NCBI GenBank assembly: GCA_963514005.1
Contig: OY740813.1
Location: 10,602,001-10,666,000 of the forward strand
Reading direction: 5' to 3'
Source: Raja brachyura
Taxonomy: Eukaryota
Length of the DNA: 64,000 nt
Below the pieces are notes generated by a model that had not been told where the DNA came from, did no database searches, and was given only the letters and a program-made list of their open reading frames with translations. The translations under genes were made by a program, and so were the position numbers. The number at the start of each line of letters is the position of its first letter. The first letter of the stretch is position 1. Of this stretch, positions 1 to 12,746 are shown in pieces.

Positions 1-194
1 CTCATTTAGCCCTTGTCGTCCATTTAGTGAACCTTTCATGTTTGCTTCGGACTGTTCGGATGTGGCTGTTTGCCTGATCTTCAGATACCAAGCCCAAGGG
101 AGAGAGAATGCAAATTTTCACAACTATGGGAGGCACAAACTGAATGAGTTCAATTATGATAACAAGTCAAAAATACTCACTGTCACCTATTCAG
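1..194 (+). CDS. M6PR/ATG27-like (MRH domain) membrane protein, internal exon, 5' part cut by the window edge
   Basis: Frame from base 2 reads SFSPCRPFSEPFMFASDCSDVAVCLIFRY...KILTVTYS, with MRH-like Cys spacing. It ends at a G|GTAAG donor at 195 (phase 1). Confidence 0.8.
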
Positions 195-339
195 GTAAGA
201 TTTCTCAATTTTTAAACATTTTATGTGAAGGATCCATAAATAAGATTTGAAAACTAAACTTGTAAAGCTGGATGGATGGAGCTTGTGGGTCTGTTCTTGT
301 TCCTAATATTCTAACATCAACAGGTATTAGTCAAATGGG

Positions 340-545
340 GACACAAGGAACTGCAAATGTTGAAATCGTGAGTGAAACACAGTGATGGAGGAACTCAGTG
401 GGTCGGGCAGCATCTGTGGGGGGAACGGACAGGCGATATTTCAGGTCAAGGCTCCTCACCAATCTAAAGGGGCATCCGGACCTGCAACATTTTCTGCCAT
501 TCCTTCCACAGATGCTGCCTGACCCACCAAGTTTCTACAACACTT
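340..545. mobile_element. Penelope-type palindromic non-autonomous repeat (degenerate)
   Basis: gggtcgggcagcatctgtgg ... ccacagatgctgcctgaccc form inverted halves. Same family as the copies at 19053, 43318 and 54461. Confidence 0.7.
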
Positions 546-607
546 ATTTGGGGCAAGTATTAGTCAAGTTGAAGAGACCATATAAAAAACTGAAGAGGTT
601 TGCACAA

Positions 608-730
608 ACAAGGAATTATAGATGCTGATTTACAAAAAAAGACACAAAGTGCTGGAGTAACTCAGCAGGCCAGGCAACATCTATGGAGAACATAGATGGG
701 TGATGTCTCAGGTCAGGACCCTTCTTCAGG
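608..730 (-). mobile_element. Penelope-type repeat, half copy
   Basis: gacacaaagtgctggagtaactcagcagg...gacccttcttcag matches the family consensus. Confidence 0.7.
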
Positions 731-1028
731 ATTAAGGGAATTTGTGCTCTTGTAAAGATTTATAGTTTACAATATATAGATTTATATTGAAGAAATAGGA
801 AAGGAGGGCAAGTGCAGCCTGGGAGGAATTAAGAGAAATATGCCAAGATTATAGCATCTCTTGTATCAGCAACACAAGGCTAATTCCCCCCCCGTAGAAA
901 ATTCCCTCAAATTTCTGACTCTCTTGAGTTTAAAACCTACCACATCAAGAAAGCTACCACAAACTGTTTCTAGTGTAACTTGTTGTCAAATTGTGTTTGA
1001 TAACTCAAAGTAGGTTGAGTTATCAAAT

Positions 1029-1311
1029 CCATAATGTTTGGGACAAAGACCCACCATTTATTTATTTGCCTCTGTACACCACAATTTGAGATTTGTAATA
1101 GACAAAAATCACATATGGTTGAAGTGCACATTGTCAGATTTTAATAAAGACTATTTTTATACATTTGGTTTTACCATGTAGAAATTACAGCAGTGTTTAT
1201 ACATAGTCCCCCCCATTTCAGGGCACCATAATGTTTGGGACACATGGCTTCACAGGCGTTGTAATTGCTCAGGTGTGTTTAATTGCCTCCTTAATGCAGG
1301 TATAAGAGAGC
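1029..1311 (+). mobile_element. Tc1 left-end fragment (IR/DR-type TIR)
   Basis: Closely similar to 42279-42560. The direct repeat ccataatgtttgggaca occurs at 1029 and 1226. Confidence 0.85.
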
Positions 1312-1433
1312 TTTGATGTTTGAAGTGTTTTGGCTTATTTCACTGATCAAAAGGTACCAACAACTGTAAATTATTTTTGTTACTTTGCTCACTTGCAATG
1401 CACAATTTAAATTCTCTTCTTTATACGTTACAG

Positions 1434-1649
1434 CATCACCCAGCAGTTCACGGCAGACAGTGGTTCGATACATTTGCAGCTCCAGTCGCTCAGTGACTCC
1501 CTCTCAAGAGCCAGAGAATCCAGATGTGTTATGGACTTCTATCGATAATCCTTGTGCCTGCCCCAACAGCTGCAAGCATACCGATGTGGGTCCAGGAACC
1601 ATCATCTTAGTAGTGTTCAGCATAACTATTACAGCCTACTTCTTGTTTG
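1434..1649 (+). CDS. M6PR/ATG27-like protein, penultimate exon (end of MRH domain and TM helix)
   Basis: Pyrimidine-rich acceptor ttacag|. Reads ASPSSSRQTVVRYICS...IDNPCACPNSC...GPGTIILVVFSITITAYFLFG, then donor G|GTGGGT. Phase 1/1 matches the neighbouring exons. Confidence 0.85.
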
Positions 1650-1889
1650 GTGGGTTAATGGTGGCTTTCTATCAAGCAGCATTTTTAACATAGAGGTCCT
1701 AATGTGATTCACAGAAATCATCAAAATTACAGGAGAAAAATTAAGGAAAAACAGAGGGAGTGACCAAAAGTTAAATCAAAACTTTTAGTGATGTTCAAGG
1801 AAGGGCTAAAGGAGTAGAGGTGTAAAAACGTTAGAAAGGAACTGCAAAGCATGGGATCTCGATTATTAATAAGATTTGAGATGTTGACA

Positions 1890-2035
1890 GCTGGTACTGA
1901 CCTGGGTTCGATCCTGACCTCAGATGCAGTCTGAAGTGAGTGGATGAGAAAGCGGGATAACATAGAACTAGTGTGAATGGGTGATTGATGGTCAGTGTGG
2001 ACTCAATGGGGCAAAGGGCTTGTTTCTACAAGCCC
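1890..2035 (+). mobile_element. V-SINE (HE1-like) remnant
   Basis: B-box-like gggttcgatcc and a CR1-derived tail ggactcaatggggcaaagggcttgtttc. Confidence 0.55.
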
Positions 2036-2728
2036 TGTCAACTTGCTTTACATTAAAAGGAATAGTGGACGATAGAAGGGACAGCATCAATTGTCGGTCA
2101 AGAATGGGACAGTGGTGGGGCGGGGTTAATATACAAGCAGCCAAATATAACTTTATAGTGGAGTTTCACGTGTTGAGAGAGATATGCGGTGGAAGGGGAA
2201 GATCGGCAAATGATTTAAACCCAAGAATTTAAGGTAAGGTGTTTTGGGACCACGAAACATTATCAATAAGCATAAGATGAAGCACGATTACAATTATCAA
2301 TTAATATACTGCCTTGGTAAAGTGAAGACATTCATTCGGTGGTGGGGAGTGGGGTGGGTGACAGCTCAGTGTACTGAAATAGTGTTGAATGGCCCGAGCC
2401 GTTTAACCAATTCAAATAAGTACAGGAACCTGCTTGTTGGCCAGACTGATATTTATCCCTCCACTAAAACACATAATTTGACAATTTATCGTGTTTCAAA
2501 CCAAATAAGTTATCTCTATTTTGGCTGAAGGAGCATAACATACCTTAAGCCATTCTGATTCATTTTAAATGCTGTTGGACCTTGTTACTAACAAGATACT
2601 ACAAACAATATAGTTTTTTTGGTGCACATGAACCCTTAAGCTGCTAGGTCCCTTGAAGCATCAAATAACTATTTGTTAATGGCAACATGGAAGTGAGGAA
2701 TCTGAAGTCTCTCTGGTTATTTTCTCAG

Positions 2729-2877
2729 GCTTGTGTGCATTCGATCCAGTCAGAACTCCAAATGGCATCGAAATTATTCCCAAGGAAAACATCTGGTTAA
2801 GCTTGTGCTTTGCGTGTGTGGAAAGAAGAAAGAGCACAAGCCAGAGACATAACCGATTAAGCAATATTCCAGATTAG
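2729..2877 (+). CDS. M6PR/ATG27-like protein, last exon (cytoplasmic tail)
   Basis: Acceptor ttttctcag|. Reads GLCAFDPVRTPNGIEIIPKENIWLSLCFACVERRKSTSQRHNRLSNIPD* (TAG 2875-2877). GxExIPxxxxW resembles the M6PR/ATG27 juxtamembrane motif. Confidence 0.85.
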
Positions 2878-3965
2878 CTTCCTTTGATGTGCAATGCACA
2901 CCCACAAAGTATTTGCTGCAAAACATTCAGGTTTCATTTTTCCTTCCCTATTCAGATCGAATGTATTTAAAAAGTGGTGTTATTTTATAGAAGTTAGCTC
3001 TACAGCTTGGAAAGAGAAACGAAAGCATGTTTTGGGAATATTTCCCCATAGATTTAAAGAAAAAGAACTCATGATGGTGCATCAATTATTTCCAAAATCT
3101 TTGCGCTGAGGTTCTGGCAAATGGTTTCCGGGGACTCCTTGTTAAAACCAACACTTTGGGAGTTAAACATTTTAACACGAGGTTGGAAGTAGAATATTTA
3201 TTGCTTATGAATTCACAAATCAATGATAGAAATTCATCCAATGCGTTGTAAGAATTTGGGAGTACAATTACTATGTTAATCAATTGGTGATCCAGAACCC
3301 TGAATGAATGACCCAGTGAATAAATGCAAACCATGGCTGTTCAGGAATTTTTATTTTCAAATGTATTATTTCTACAATCCTTTGAAAATTTACTGGAGGA
3401 TGGGCAAGATCTTTGAAGGATTACAAATTGGCTAGCTTTACTGTAGCTTTATAGTGCGGTCATGGCACGCGGAATGTGCTCTAAAGCTGTAATATTCTAT
3501 CAGATGTTTGGAGCGTCTTAAAAACCTTTGAAAGTGTTTACTGTCTAGTTGTTTGTTGCCTCAAAGGGTTGAATGTACAACCTGATATGTTCCAAGTTAT
3601 ACTTTAAGGTATCAACTCCCTTGTGTATGCTGAATTTGCCATTTGCGGACAATGTTATGAGCTAACAACTGTCGTTAAGTTTCAAAAATACGGAAATAGT
3701 CGGAGTTAGTGTAGGAACCTCTCCAAGGTCCTCTGTTGGTATGATGGTAACAAGTGACCCGTGATGCCATCCAGCAGATGAGCATACTGCCAATACAGAC
3801 CATGTTGCCTTGCGTGAGAGTTAACCATTTAGGCAAGTGAATAGGTCTGCAGAACCATAATAGGAGCCAAGGAAGTTGTGAAACAATAATGATTCCTTAA
3901 TATACCCACTTTGCACATTGCTCAAATTGTGCAATGAAAACCCATATTTTACATTTTTTTCATAA

Positions 3966-4007
3966 AATAAAACACTTGATGCTAAACACAAAATAACAGC
4001 TTTTATT
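3966..4007. terminator. Facing polyadenylation signals (AATAAA + at 3966-3971; AATAAA - at 4002-4007)
   Basis: Both hexamers are directly visible between the two convergent genes. Their use is unproven. Confidence 0.4.
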
Positions 4008-5281
4008 GTTAATACAGGTACCCAATATCATTTCCCAGAAAACACAGTATTACATGATACTGTCCTATAGTTACATTTTAAAATATGAAACAAATAACCT
4101 TAATACAATTTTCTTTAACCATTGTGCATCTAAACATATCTAAATGTTATACAATATTCCAGCTGATAAAACATTTCTATAAATTCCACATCCTCTGGGC
4201 ACTTAAGAAACCTGTACACCCACCTCCATTGAATCACAAAAATAAGTGTCTAAATACTGTATATCATTTTGAATACATTCTATTACACCTTTTTTTTTTA
4301 AACAAAATCATAAAAATATTTTGTCATTATTCAACTTTAGTTGACAGTTAGGTCATTTCAGAAAATGTTAAATCCATCTATTGAAGGGCCTGGACTCCCA
4401 ATGCATAGCTTCAAATCCCCTTCAGAAACATACAAAATACGACAAGTGGAGTGCCAGTTAGCCACACATCATTTGCCCTCAACAAAGAGCTGATTAAAAG
4501 AGGTTGATAAAAGTAATTTATTTCAGTCTATTTAACGTGCTATCCAGGTACAGGTCACATTCAGCAGTTCCGTTAGGGTTGGCATTTAATGAATAAAAAT
4601 AGAGTTAAAACAAACATGAAATAAATTTGAAAGCAGACAAATTTTAAGATTGATTGCTAGTAATTACTATTAGAATCTGCAAAGTACCCCGCCCCTCTTC
4701 CATGTAGTATACAAATGCCACAAACAAACCTTGAGAAAATTCAGGAACAAGTAAAATTTACCTTGGAAAGTAACTAATAATGTTTTGATGATCAATATAA
4801 AGCAGTATACCGCAAAACCAGCTTTGGAAACAAAACAGTCTCTGCACAATTTGTGAAGTAATCAGTAAACCTATTCTATGCCTTTAAAAAACTACCAAGC
4901 CTCCAGAAAACAGATAGCAATAATTCATGAAGCGCACAGTAGATTTCAATTCTTCCTTTACTTCTTTCTCATTCTGAAAGTGGAAAGCATGGGAACCGAA
5001 CCATTTTACAACAATTAGCTGATGAGTTCTCAGTTAACTCTGAAGCTCGAATGGATTTAGCTGCATTTGATTACAAAAAAAAATGCACAGGAAATTTAAC
5101 TCGAGTCCCTTAACAATTAAATGTTCTTTCCTCTACTTCCACTTACTTTAATTGCTTATTTGCTAAAGAATCGTAGAATCTCTGTTCAAAACATCTCCCT
5201 CCCACCAGCACACAAGTGAGCAACACTAGTTGCATAAATTAGTTTGAAACAAATGGCATTTAAAATACATCTTTATTATGA

Positions 5282-5500
5282 AGCACAAATACTGCAGATG
5301 CTGGAATCTTGTGCAGAAGACAGCACTAAAGTAACTCAGTGGGTCAGGCAGCATCTCTGGAGACCATGGATAGTCAACGTTTAGCTAACTGAAGAAGGGT
5401 CCCGAACTGAAATATGGTCCTGACCCAAAACATCACTTATCCATGTCCTCCAGAGCTGCTGCCTGACCTGTTGAGTTACTCCAGTATTTCGTGTTCTGCG
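5282..5500. mobile_element. Penelope-type palindromic repeat
   Basis: gtaactcagtgggtcaggcagcatctctggag ... ctgaagaagggtcccgaactgaaa ... gctgcctgacctgttgagttac. Confidence 0.75.
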
Positions 5501-7124
5501 TTTAGTATGGAGTATGGTCACTTCTTGTTCTCAGCTTATAATCATTTGGAAAAGATTCAAGTAGAAAATACTGGGATGCACTATAGATAGACTATTTATA
5601 ATGTGACATGAAACATCATAACCTTGCTTTCCGTTCATCATTGCAGCCCCTCTTCAAAGAGGGAAAGAACAAGTGGAGGTACGGGAAAATTATAGAACCA
5701 AATGGGTTTATGGCTTTAAGTTAGATTTGGATTTATTATTTACTTCTCAATCTTTTCAATTATCCATCCCTTCTCAATCCACATTAGAATATACAACAAA
5801 TGATTTAAGACTGGACAGTGCGCCATAGCTTTGATTGATTCATCATCAAACCAACCATGGAAGGCATTGTACAACTAGTGCAATTAACGGCAACCAACAC
5901 TGACTTTAATCAATTGTGTCAATTGGTGCTACAATATCTTAAGGTGGTCTATAAAACCTTTGAAATATTGTTTTAATATTTTGATGACTGCTGTGGATAT
6001 ACCAAGGTAATTAATATAGGCCACAACAGCTTCTCAACAATTCGTCATTATCTTATCTAGCCAGAGACTGGCTTCATCAGCGTGGCTAGATGGCACTCCA
6101 CAATCCAAATCTTTTAGTCAGAGGAAATCACAACAGTCCAGTAACATTCTCATTCACTGTAATACCAAAAAAAAGCTGACTTTTTATAAAAGAAAATTAG
6201 AGACATAATCAACGCTTAAATGCAATGTTCTGAACATGTTTTAAATTTCATACAGGTAGATGGGTGGTGCCGTGATTTTGGGCAAACCACTTATCATGGC
6301 AAAAGAAAACAACACAACTAGCCTGCTAGTTGCAAGTACTGCGATACATGGCAAAAACACCTCTCAGAAACATCTTTTTTTTAAAAAAGAGTTCCTACAA
6401 CAGTGGTCAAAATTGGACAGTTTCACAAACAAAAGCAATCACTTAATAGTTAATTAAGAAAAAAAGTCATCAACGTTTAATTGGCAAAATAAGTTGGTAA
6501 AGTAGTACACCTGAGCTCTAAATTGGATTAATAGCTAATACAGTATCTTAATCATGGACTGAATAAAGCAAACTCAGGCCATACCCTACGAAAGCAAAGT
6601 TTCTTCAAGTCAATAGTGGTCTTTTGGAACTCACATTTGTTGGTGCATTGCAGCCCCTTCATTAACAAGAAACCCGATGCCTTACATTATTCTAATCAAA
6701 ACGTCCTGCCTTCCCTTTAAAGTTATGGTTATTATGTAGTATTGTAAGTAAATGCAATTTCCATTGTGGCGACTGCATTTTAGATCTGCCCTTCTTAATC
6801 CCTAGCTTACGTGATCACTTACAAAATGATCTTGGAGGTGGCTTAATACTTCAATGATACTATGGCATTGAGGAAGATTAAGGAAGGGAAACAGCTCATC
6901 CACAAGCTTCTCAATCAAGAAACAAAACCAAACCAGGAAAAAAAAGGAATGAAAAGGCTAGGAGGGTTCAAAGATATATAATCAAAAGACTCAACTACAT
7001 TTGATGAAACAAAGTTGTTTGATCACATCAGTTATCAATAGTTGGCTTTGGTTGAATATAATTGGGTATTTTATTAGCAATGTCAAGCCACAGAATAAGC
7101 AGAGCTCAGAGTCAGTGACAAGGA

Positions 7125-7310
7125 GACACGAGGAACTGCAGGTGCTGGAATCTTGAGTAAAACACAAGATGTTGGAGGAACTCAGTGGGCCAGGGAGAGG
7201 ACAGATGACATATCAGTTCGGGTCTAAAGCAGAGAACAGACCTGAAACATTGTCTGCCCATTCCCTCTACAGATGCTGCCTAACCCGTGTTCTTTCAGCA
7301 CTTTGTTGTG
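7125..7310. mobile_element. Penelope-type palindromic repeat (degenerate)
   Basis: gaactgcaggtgctgg...ggaactcagtggg ... cagatgctgcctaacccg. Confidence 0.65.
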
Positions 7311-8239
7311 TAAAGTGAGTGACAATGGAGTTTGGAATTTATGCATTCAAACTTGACAAATTAAAGTTACCTCATTCAGCGAGCCCTACAGTAATTTGTG
7401 ATCCTACCTCCGAAAACAGGAAGTAGAACTGGAAAAAGTGCTTGAAAAAATGTTTCATTCGAAAATAATTTACTTTAAACTTTGATTAACAGAACACCTT
7501 AATCTCCAATATTCCGTGTGATTGAAACACAATAAAAGTTTGCTAATTTGAAACTTTGATTTGTGGGTGTTTTTAAATGCTGAAAATATTTGGATTTCAA
7601 TATCACCCAAAAATAATCCACTGGGAAAAGGTTGTATATTAGGTAAACACACATACTTACTCAAGTGATTACTTTGATGCATAAGGAGTTACACAAAAGA
7701 TTTTCTATGGATATTCTTATAAGATATAATAACAGTTTGCCTGTCCAATGTGTACTGTGGGATCCTGATCCAACATTCAAAAGGTATTTAAAAAAAGTTA
7801 GAACTTAGTTTAACATTTATATCTAGACATGTGTCACAATGCAACAACTTCAATGGTAGAGAGATGAAATCCTGAAATAATTGGTTTGAAATTGCTGGCC
7901 ATTTTTTGGACAAGCATTGTAAAATAGAACAAATGTTGATGCTGGTGACCACTTTGTACAAGTAAAACTTAAAGAAAACAAATAACTACCAGTAGTTAAC
8001 TATTTAAAAGTATTTAACTATTTTTTTAATTTGATGTACAATTAAATTTTTTTCACTATAATTTTGTCAGAAGAAAATATTGGGTATCAAATCTATAGCT
8101 TTTATTGAACATACATTTATAAGCTGGCTGTACTTCAAGCCCATCAGAACTGTCACAATACAGGCATTTATCTGGTAAAATGTCCCAGATCCTGTTCACA
8201 ACATATGGCGGATTCCAATCTGGCTGTTTATCACCCAAG

Positions 8240-9500
8240 CGGTCTACTCTTAATCATCAACACAGTGATGGAAGATGTTGACGATGATGCTATCAAGAGG
8301 TATTCACTTACCGATAATATGCACACCAATGGCCAGGTTGCATTTCACCAGGACTACTTGGCTATTCAATTGTAGCATGCCCCCCCCACATGGACCAGAT
8401 AGTTGAATTCCAGAAGTGAGAGCAACTGCCCTAACATTGTTACATGTTACCAAGTGTAACATCAAGGGACCCTGGTATAACTAAAGTGAATGACGCTAAG
8501 GAAGACAAAGAACTCCAATGGATGGAGTCATGCCCTGCATAAAGGAAGATGGGTGTGGTTGGTGAAATTCAGGGCATCACTACACTCCACAGAGCCATGT
8601 TCTAGGCCCGCAAATGTTTTGCTGTTTTATCAATGGCCTTCTTTCCATTATAAGGACGGAAGCGGTGATGTTTGCTGATGACTGCAAAATGTCCAATTTA
8701 ATTCATGACTTCAGCAAATTAAACACACACACACAGTAAGACCTAGACTACATTCAGACATGGACTGATAAGTGGCGAGTAACATTCATGTGTCACATTG
8801 CAGTGACCTACGACAAGAGAGTCTAACCATTTCTCCTTAACATTCATGGGCATTATATTCACTGAGTCCTCTACCGCCAACATCTTCCAAATCACCAATG
8901 ACCAGAAAAGCAACTGGCCCAGCAACATAAAATCTGAGGCCACAAGAGCTGGTCAGATGCTGGATATTCTGCAGCGAATTATCCATATCTGATACCCCAA
9001 AGCCTTTCCACCATCAACAAGGCACATAGATGGAATACTCTCCTTTACATGAGGACAGACCCAACAGCTTGCAAGTTCAACACCATCCATTGATTCATAA
9101 CCTATCCTCCATCCTTAATTTTACTTTGCTACCAGCAGACAGTGGCTGCATGGTGTAACAATCTACAAAATACAATGCAATTACTTGCCTTGGTTGTTCC
9201 AACTCCACTTCCCAAATCTACAAACTCTACCAAAAAGAATAAGGGCAGCAAGTGCATGGGAATACTATGACCTGCATGTTCCCCTTCGAGTTGCACACCT
9301 TCTTGATTGGGGAAACCGTAATTGTTCTATCAATGATGGGTCTAATTCCCGAGATTCCTTCCCTAACAGCTGTGTGGGAATAGGTTCACTAAGATGCAGT
9401 GTTTGTTCAGGACAGCTGCCCTTCAACAGCTTTTGAAGAGCTAAAACAGGAAATAATCACTGGACTTGCCTGCATCATCCAGATCCCAAAAGAAAACTGA
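8240..9500 (+). mobile_element. Old degraded CR1-group LINE fragment
   Basis: atgtttgctgatgactgc (MFADDC, RT catalytic motif) at about 8668, with many stops and indels. The 3' part is similar to the reverse complement of 50900-51500. Confidence 0.6.
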
Positions 9501-12500
9501 CATAAAAATAATTAGTATGGAGTGTACTTGTAAAACACACTTTTATGGTAATATTAAACATCTGTGGCAGTTATTGCTCTATATTGTGTGTGGCATGGAA
9601 CAACGTTGTTACTTTGAAACAGGAGGATTAATACAAACACCTCCCTTCAAGAGTTTCAGACAGACCACTGCTGCAGCAATGACTAGCCTAAAACCATGAA
9701 TTATGCAAACTGAGAGTGTTAAAATGCAAGGTGGATGGATTGGAGGGAAGGACCTGGACCAGGGGAGGATGACAAATGGAGATTGGGGTCAGCTCAAGAA
9801 CCAATAGTACCAAAGTACAAAATAGGTAAATAGGGGCGAGTATGCACTTTAATCATCCTAGTAACAGGGGGTTCTAACCATGCCTTGGCACTAATACCCA
9901 ACTTGTTCCTTTTTTTCTATTAACCACAAACCTGAACTAAATGAAGCAATTAAAGCCTGAAGTTACACAAATGGATGTACAAATTGCACCAGTAACCACT
10001 CATGAACATTTTCTTTAATAATTTTTTTGAGTAAAAAGGGGTTCCTAAAACTCTTCCACAAGCTTTTGGTGGTTGATTCTTCTTTCACTCAAGTGTCTCA
10101 AAATTGAATTCAGCTCGTTAGCTCAAGTGTGTTGTGATCAACAAGTTTGGTTAATGACTAAAAGATTCCTGGCTTAAATGTGCACAGTACAAACATGCTC
10201 TCATGTGACAGCAATTCTCAATCTTAGCAGTAACAGATTTGCGGGAAGATGGAAAAAAAATGTCTACTACTCTTCGCTCTTCGTGTAAGCATGCTTAACC
10301 TCACCCTGGAATGTGAAAATCTAGAAGCCAATTTTTTTGGGGTGGAACTTGAAATGGTGGCTGTGTTTCCTCATCACAACCAGCAGAAACACCATGTTCA
10401 AATGACACCATATTTTTTTTTAACCTTAATTATATACGCATGCTGGCCAAATAGGCATTATTTTACGGCTATGAGAACCGTTGCTGTGGCTAAACTATTG
10501 TTCCAAAAAGATTATTTAAACAAATATGCTGACTTAGAAAGTACATTTAATCATCTGTGAACCTGCTGCCTATGTTACCTAAATATGCCCCAGCAGGTAA
10601 AAATTGTTATTTTTTACTTTGCCTTCATAGATAACAAGCTAAAGTTTTTGTTTATACTAGTTGTTACAGAACAGTTATTAAAACAGTACAAAAATCAGGA
10701 CATTATTCATTGCAGCCTTGTGTTCTAGGCCTCAATATACCACAGATACAGATCGTGTACAAGTTAACCATTCACAGTACGTCAATCAAGCTACAATATT
10801 CACAGGTGACATGCAATAGCAAGACGACGTGGATGGTGCAGAAAATGTTAAAATCCTCAAAGTGCATAGCTAACCACTGCCAAGATATTTAGGTGCAGAA
10901 AATGACATCACAAAAGAGCAAAAGCTTCTAGGCATAAATGATTGGAGTAATTTGTTCCATCAGAGGCAACAATGCTGATGGCAGCAAACTGGCTCAGAAC
11001 TGCAAAGTCCAAGATCTGGACAATTAGAATACTTACTCACAGTTAGCCAGAGACGAGCAGTAGATAATGGGTAATGTACAGTGGAACTGGAACATGTAAT
11101 ATTCATCACTAGATCTTGGCACTGGCAAGAATGGAGTGTTCCAGTAGCAATGTTGTAAGGAAAACAGTTATTAATGCTGTGCAGCAGATATCTAACTAAC
11201 TTGGGGATAAACTCTTGGGGTCAAAGGGTTGTTTATTTAATTTGACAGGTCCAGAATCCATTCTGGAAAATAAATTTTGATTTGGAAAGAAACCTTTGCT
11301 TTAAGAAAGCAAAAGTCTGTAATAAAGGACACTTACCAAAGGACTGAAGACACTCTCCATTTTAGAACAGCAGCTTGTGCTCAAAATATAATGTGGTTTT
11401 AGAAAACATCTGCAAAGCAAGGATCGCCTGTAGTTATATGGACAGTGGGTGTAATTCAAAGCCAATATCAGGGATAGGTGTCTAGTTCAATGATCCACTT
11501 CTCATCTCTGCAGAATACACCCATATCTCATTCTGATAAAGTTATTTTAATTACACTAGATGCCACTTACGTGTCTTTTTTTTCCTTGAATATTTCAAAC
11601 CAGCCATTGTCCTTTAAGTGTTCATTACGTACAGGCTAAAACACACGATTGATTTTTATTCCCCTGCACCGTAGATTTAAAATAAAAATTAAGATGAATG
11701 AACTTGCTCCCTGTCTAAAAAGAAATGTACTCCTTTAACTTACATTATTAAAAGAAATATTAGCTGCACAAAGTTGCTGAGTCGCTGCCGAGCATAAAAA
11801 GCATCAGGAGACATGAATAAAATCTTGACTGAACAAAACAAAGTAACATCCTATAACTTGATTTCAGGAGAAATCCAACACCCAAAGCGTACTCAAATAC
11901 TCAGTGCAAAGACTTCACAGTATTGTAAGCATGCCTTAATGGCGTCATGGTTGACTCATTGATTTGGAATTGGAATGATCAGAGTTTTATTTGGGATTGG
12001 AACGCTATGCTTATCATGAAACATAGCTCAATTTTTCCCAGACACCTGGTTCGGATATGAAAAATGATGGTATTGGAATTCTTAAAATTATAGGAAAACT
12101 TGTGTGCTTTTCTTGTGATCAAAATCACAATCTAGTTTGTTCACTAGTAGTCCTGCCATCGCACTGAAGTTTGCGGTAAACACAATTAAGATCTTTAAAG
12201 ACATTTAAAAGCATTTGTTTTCTTAACAGCACAGAAAGTTTCATGGGCTAACATGGGCTTAGTTCACAACCTTGGTCTGCAGATTTTTGCAGGAGAGAGA
12301 TCTTTTATACATGCTCTGGTCTGACATGAAATAATGCCACAGCATCTCATAAAAAATCTGTCCCCTTTTCAACTGATCACAACCAGATGGCATCGGTATC
12401 TAAATATTGTGTTTAAAAGGATTTCTGAAATAAATTTTCAAAGTCAAAAGTGTGTTTTACCTAAAATTCAATCCCAGCATTGGTTCAGTAAATTTTGCAA

Positions 12501-12700
12501 CATAAAACCAATTGCCTATCACTCCAATGCAGTGAGAATCAACATCTGCCAAAACCTGAGGCTATTGGATGGAAACAGCCACCCTCTTCCTCCAGTCCAG
12601 CTGTGTAGGTGGGCGGCATGATCTGGTGAGAAGATTATATGTGCAGTAGACAAGGAGCTTGAATGGAAAGTGGTTAGTAGATCGTTGATCCCCAAGCTTC

Positions 12701-12746
12701 TCAACGGCTCTCGATAACAACAGGCTCAAAGATACCTGCTGACACC
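12701..12746 (-). CDS. EEIG1: EEIG1/FAM102A last coding exon (11)
   Basis: Acceptor ctttgcag|. Reads (R)VSAGIFEPVVIESR*, matching the FAM102A C-terminus RVSSGVYEPVVIESH. Confidence 0.95.

Noticed and set aside
6280-6370. Possible DPM2 exon (DPM2 neighbours FAM102A in human)
   Set aside because: The hydrophobic - strand stretch VFLPCIAVLATSRLVVLFS is only vaguely similar, with no other exons, splice sites or promoter.
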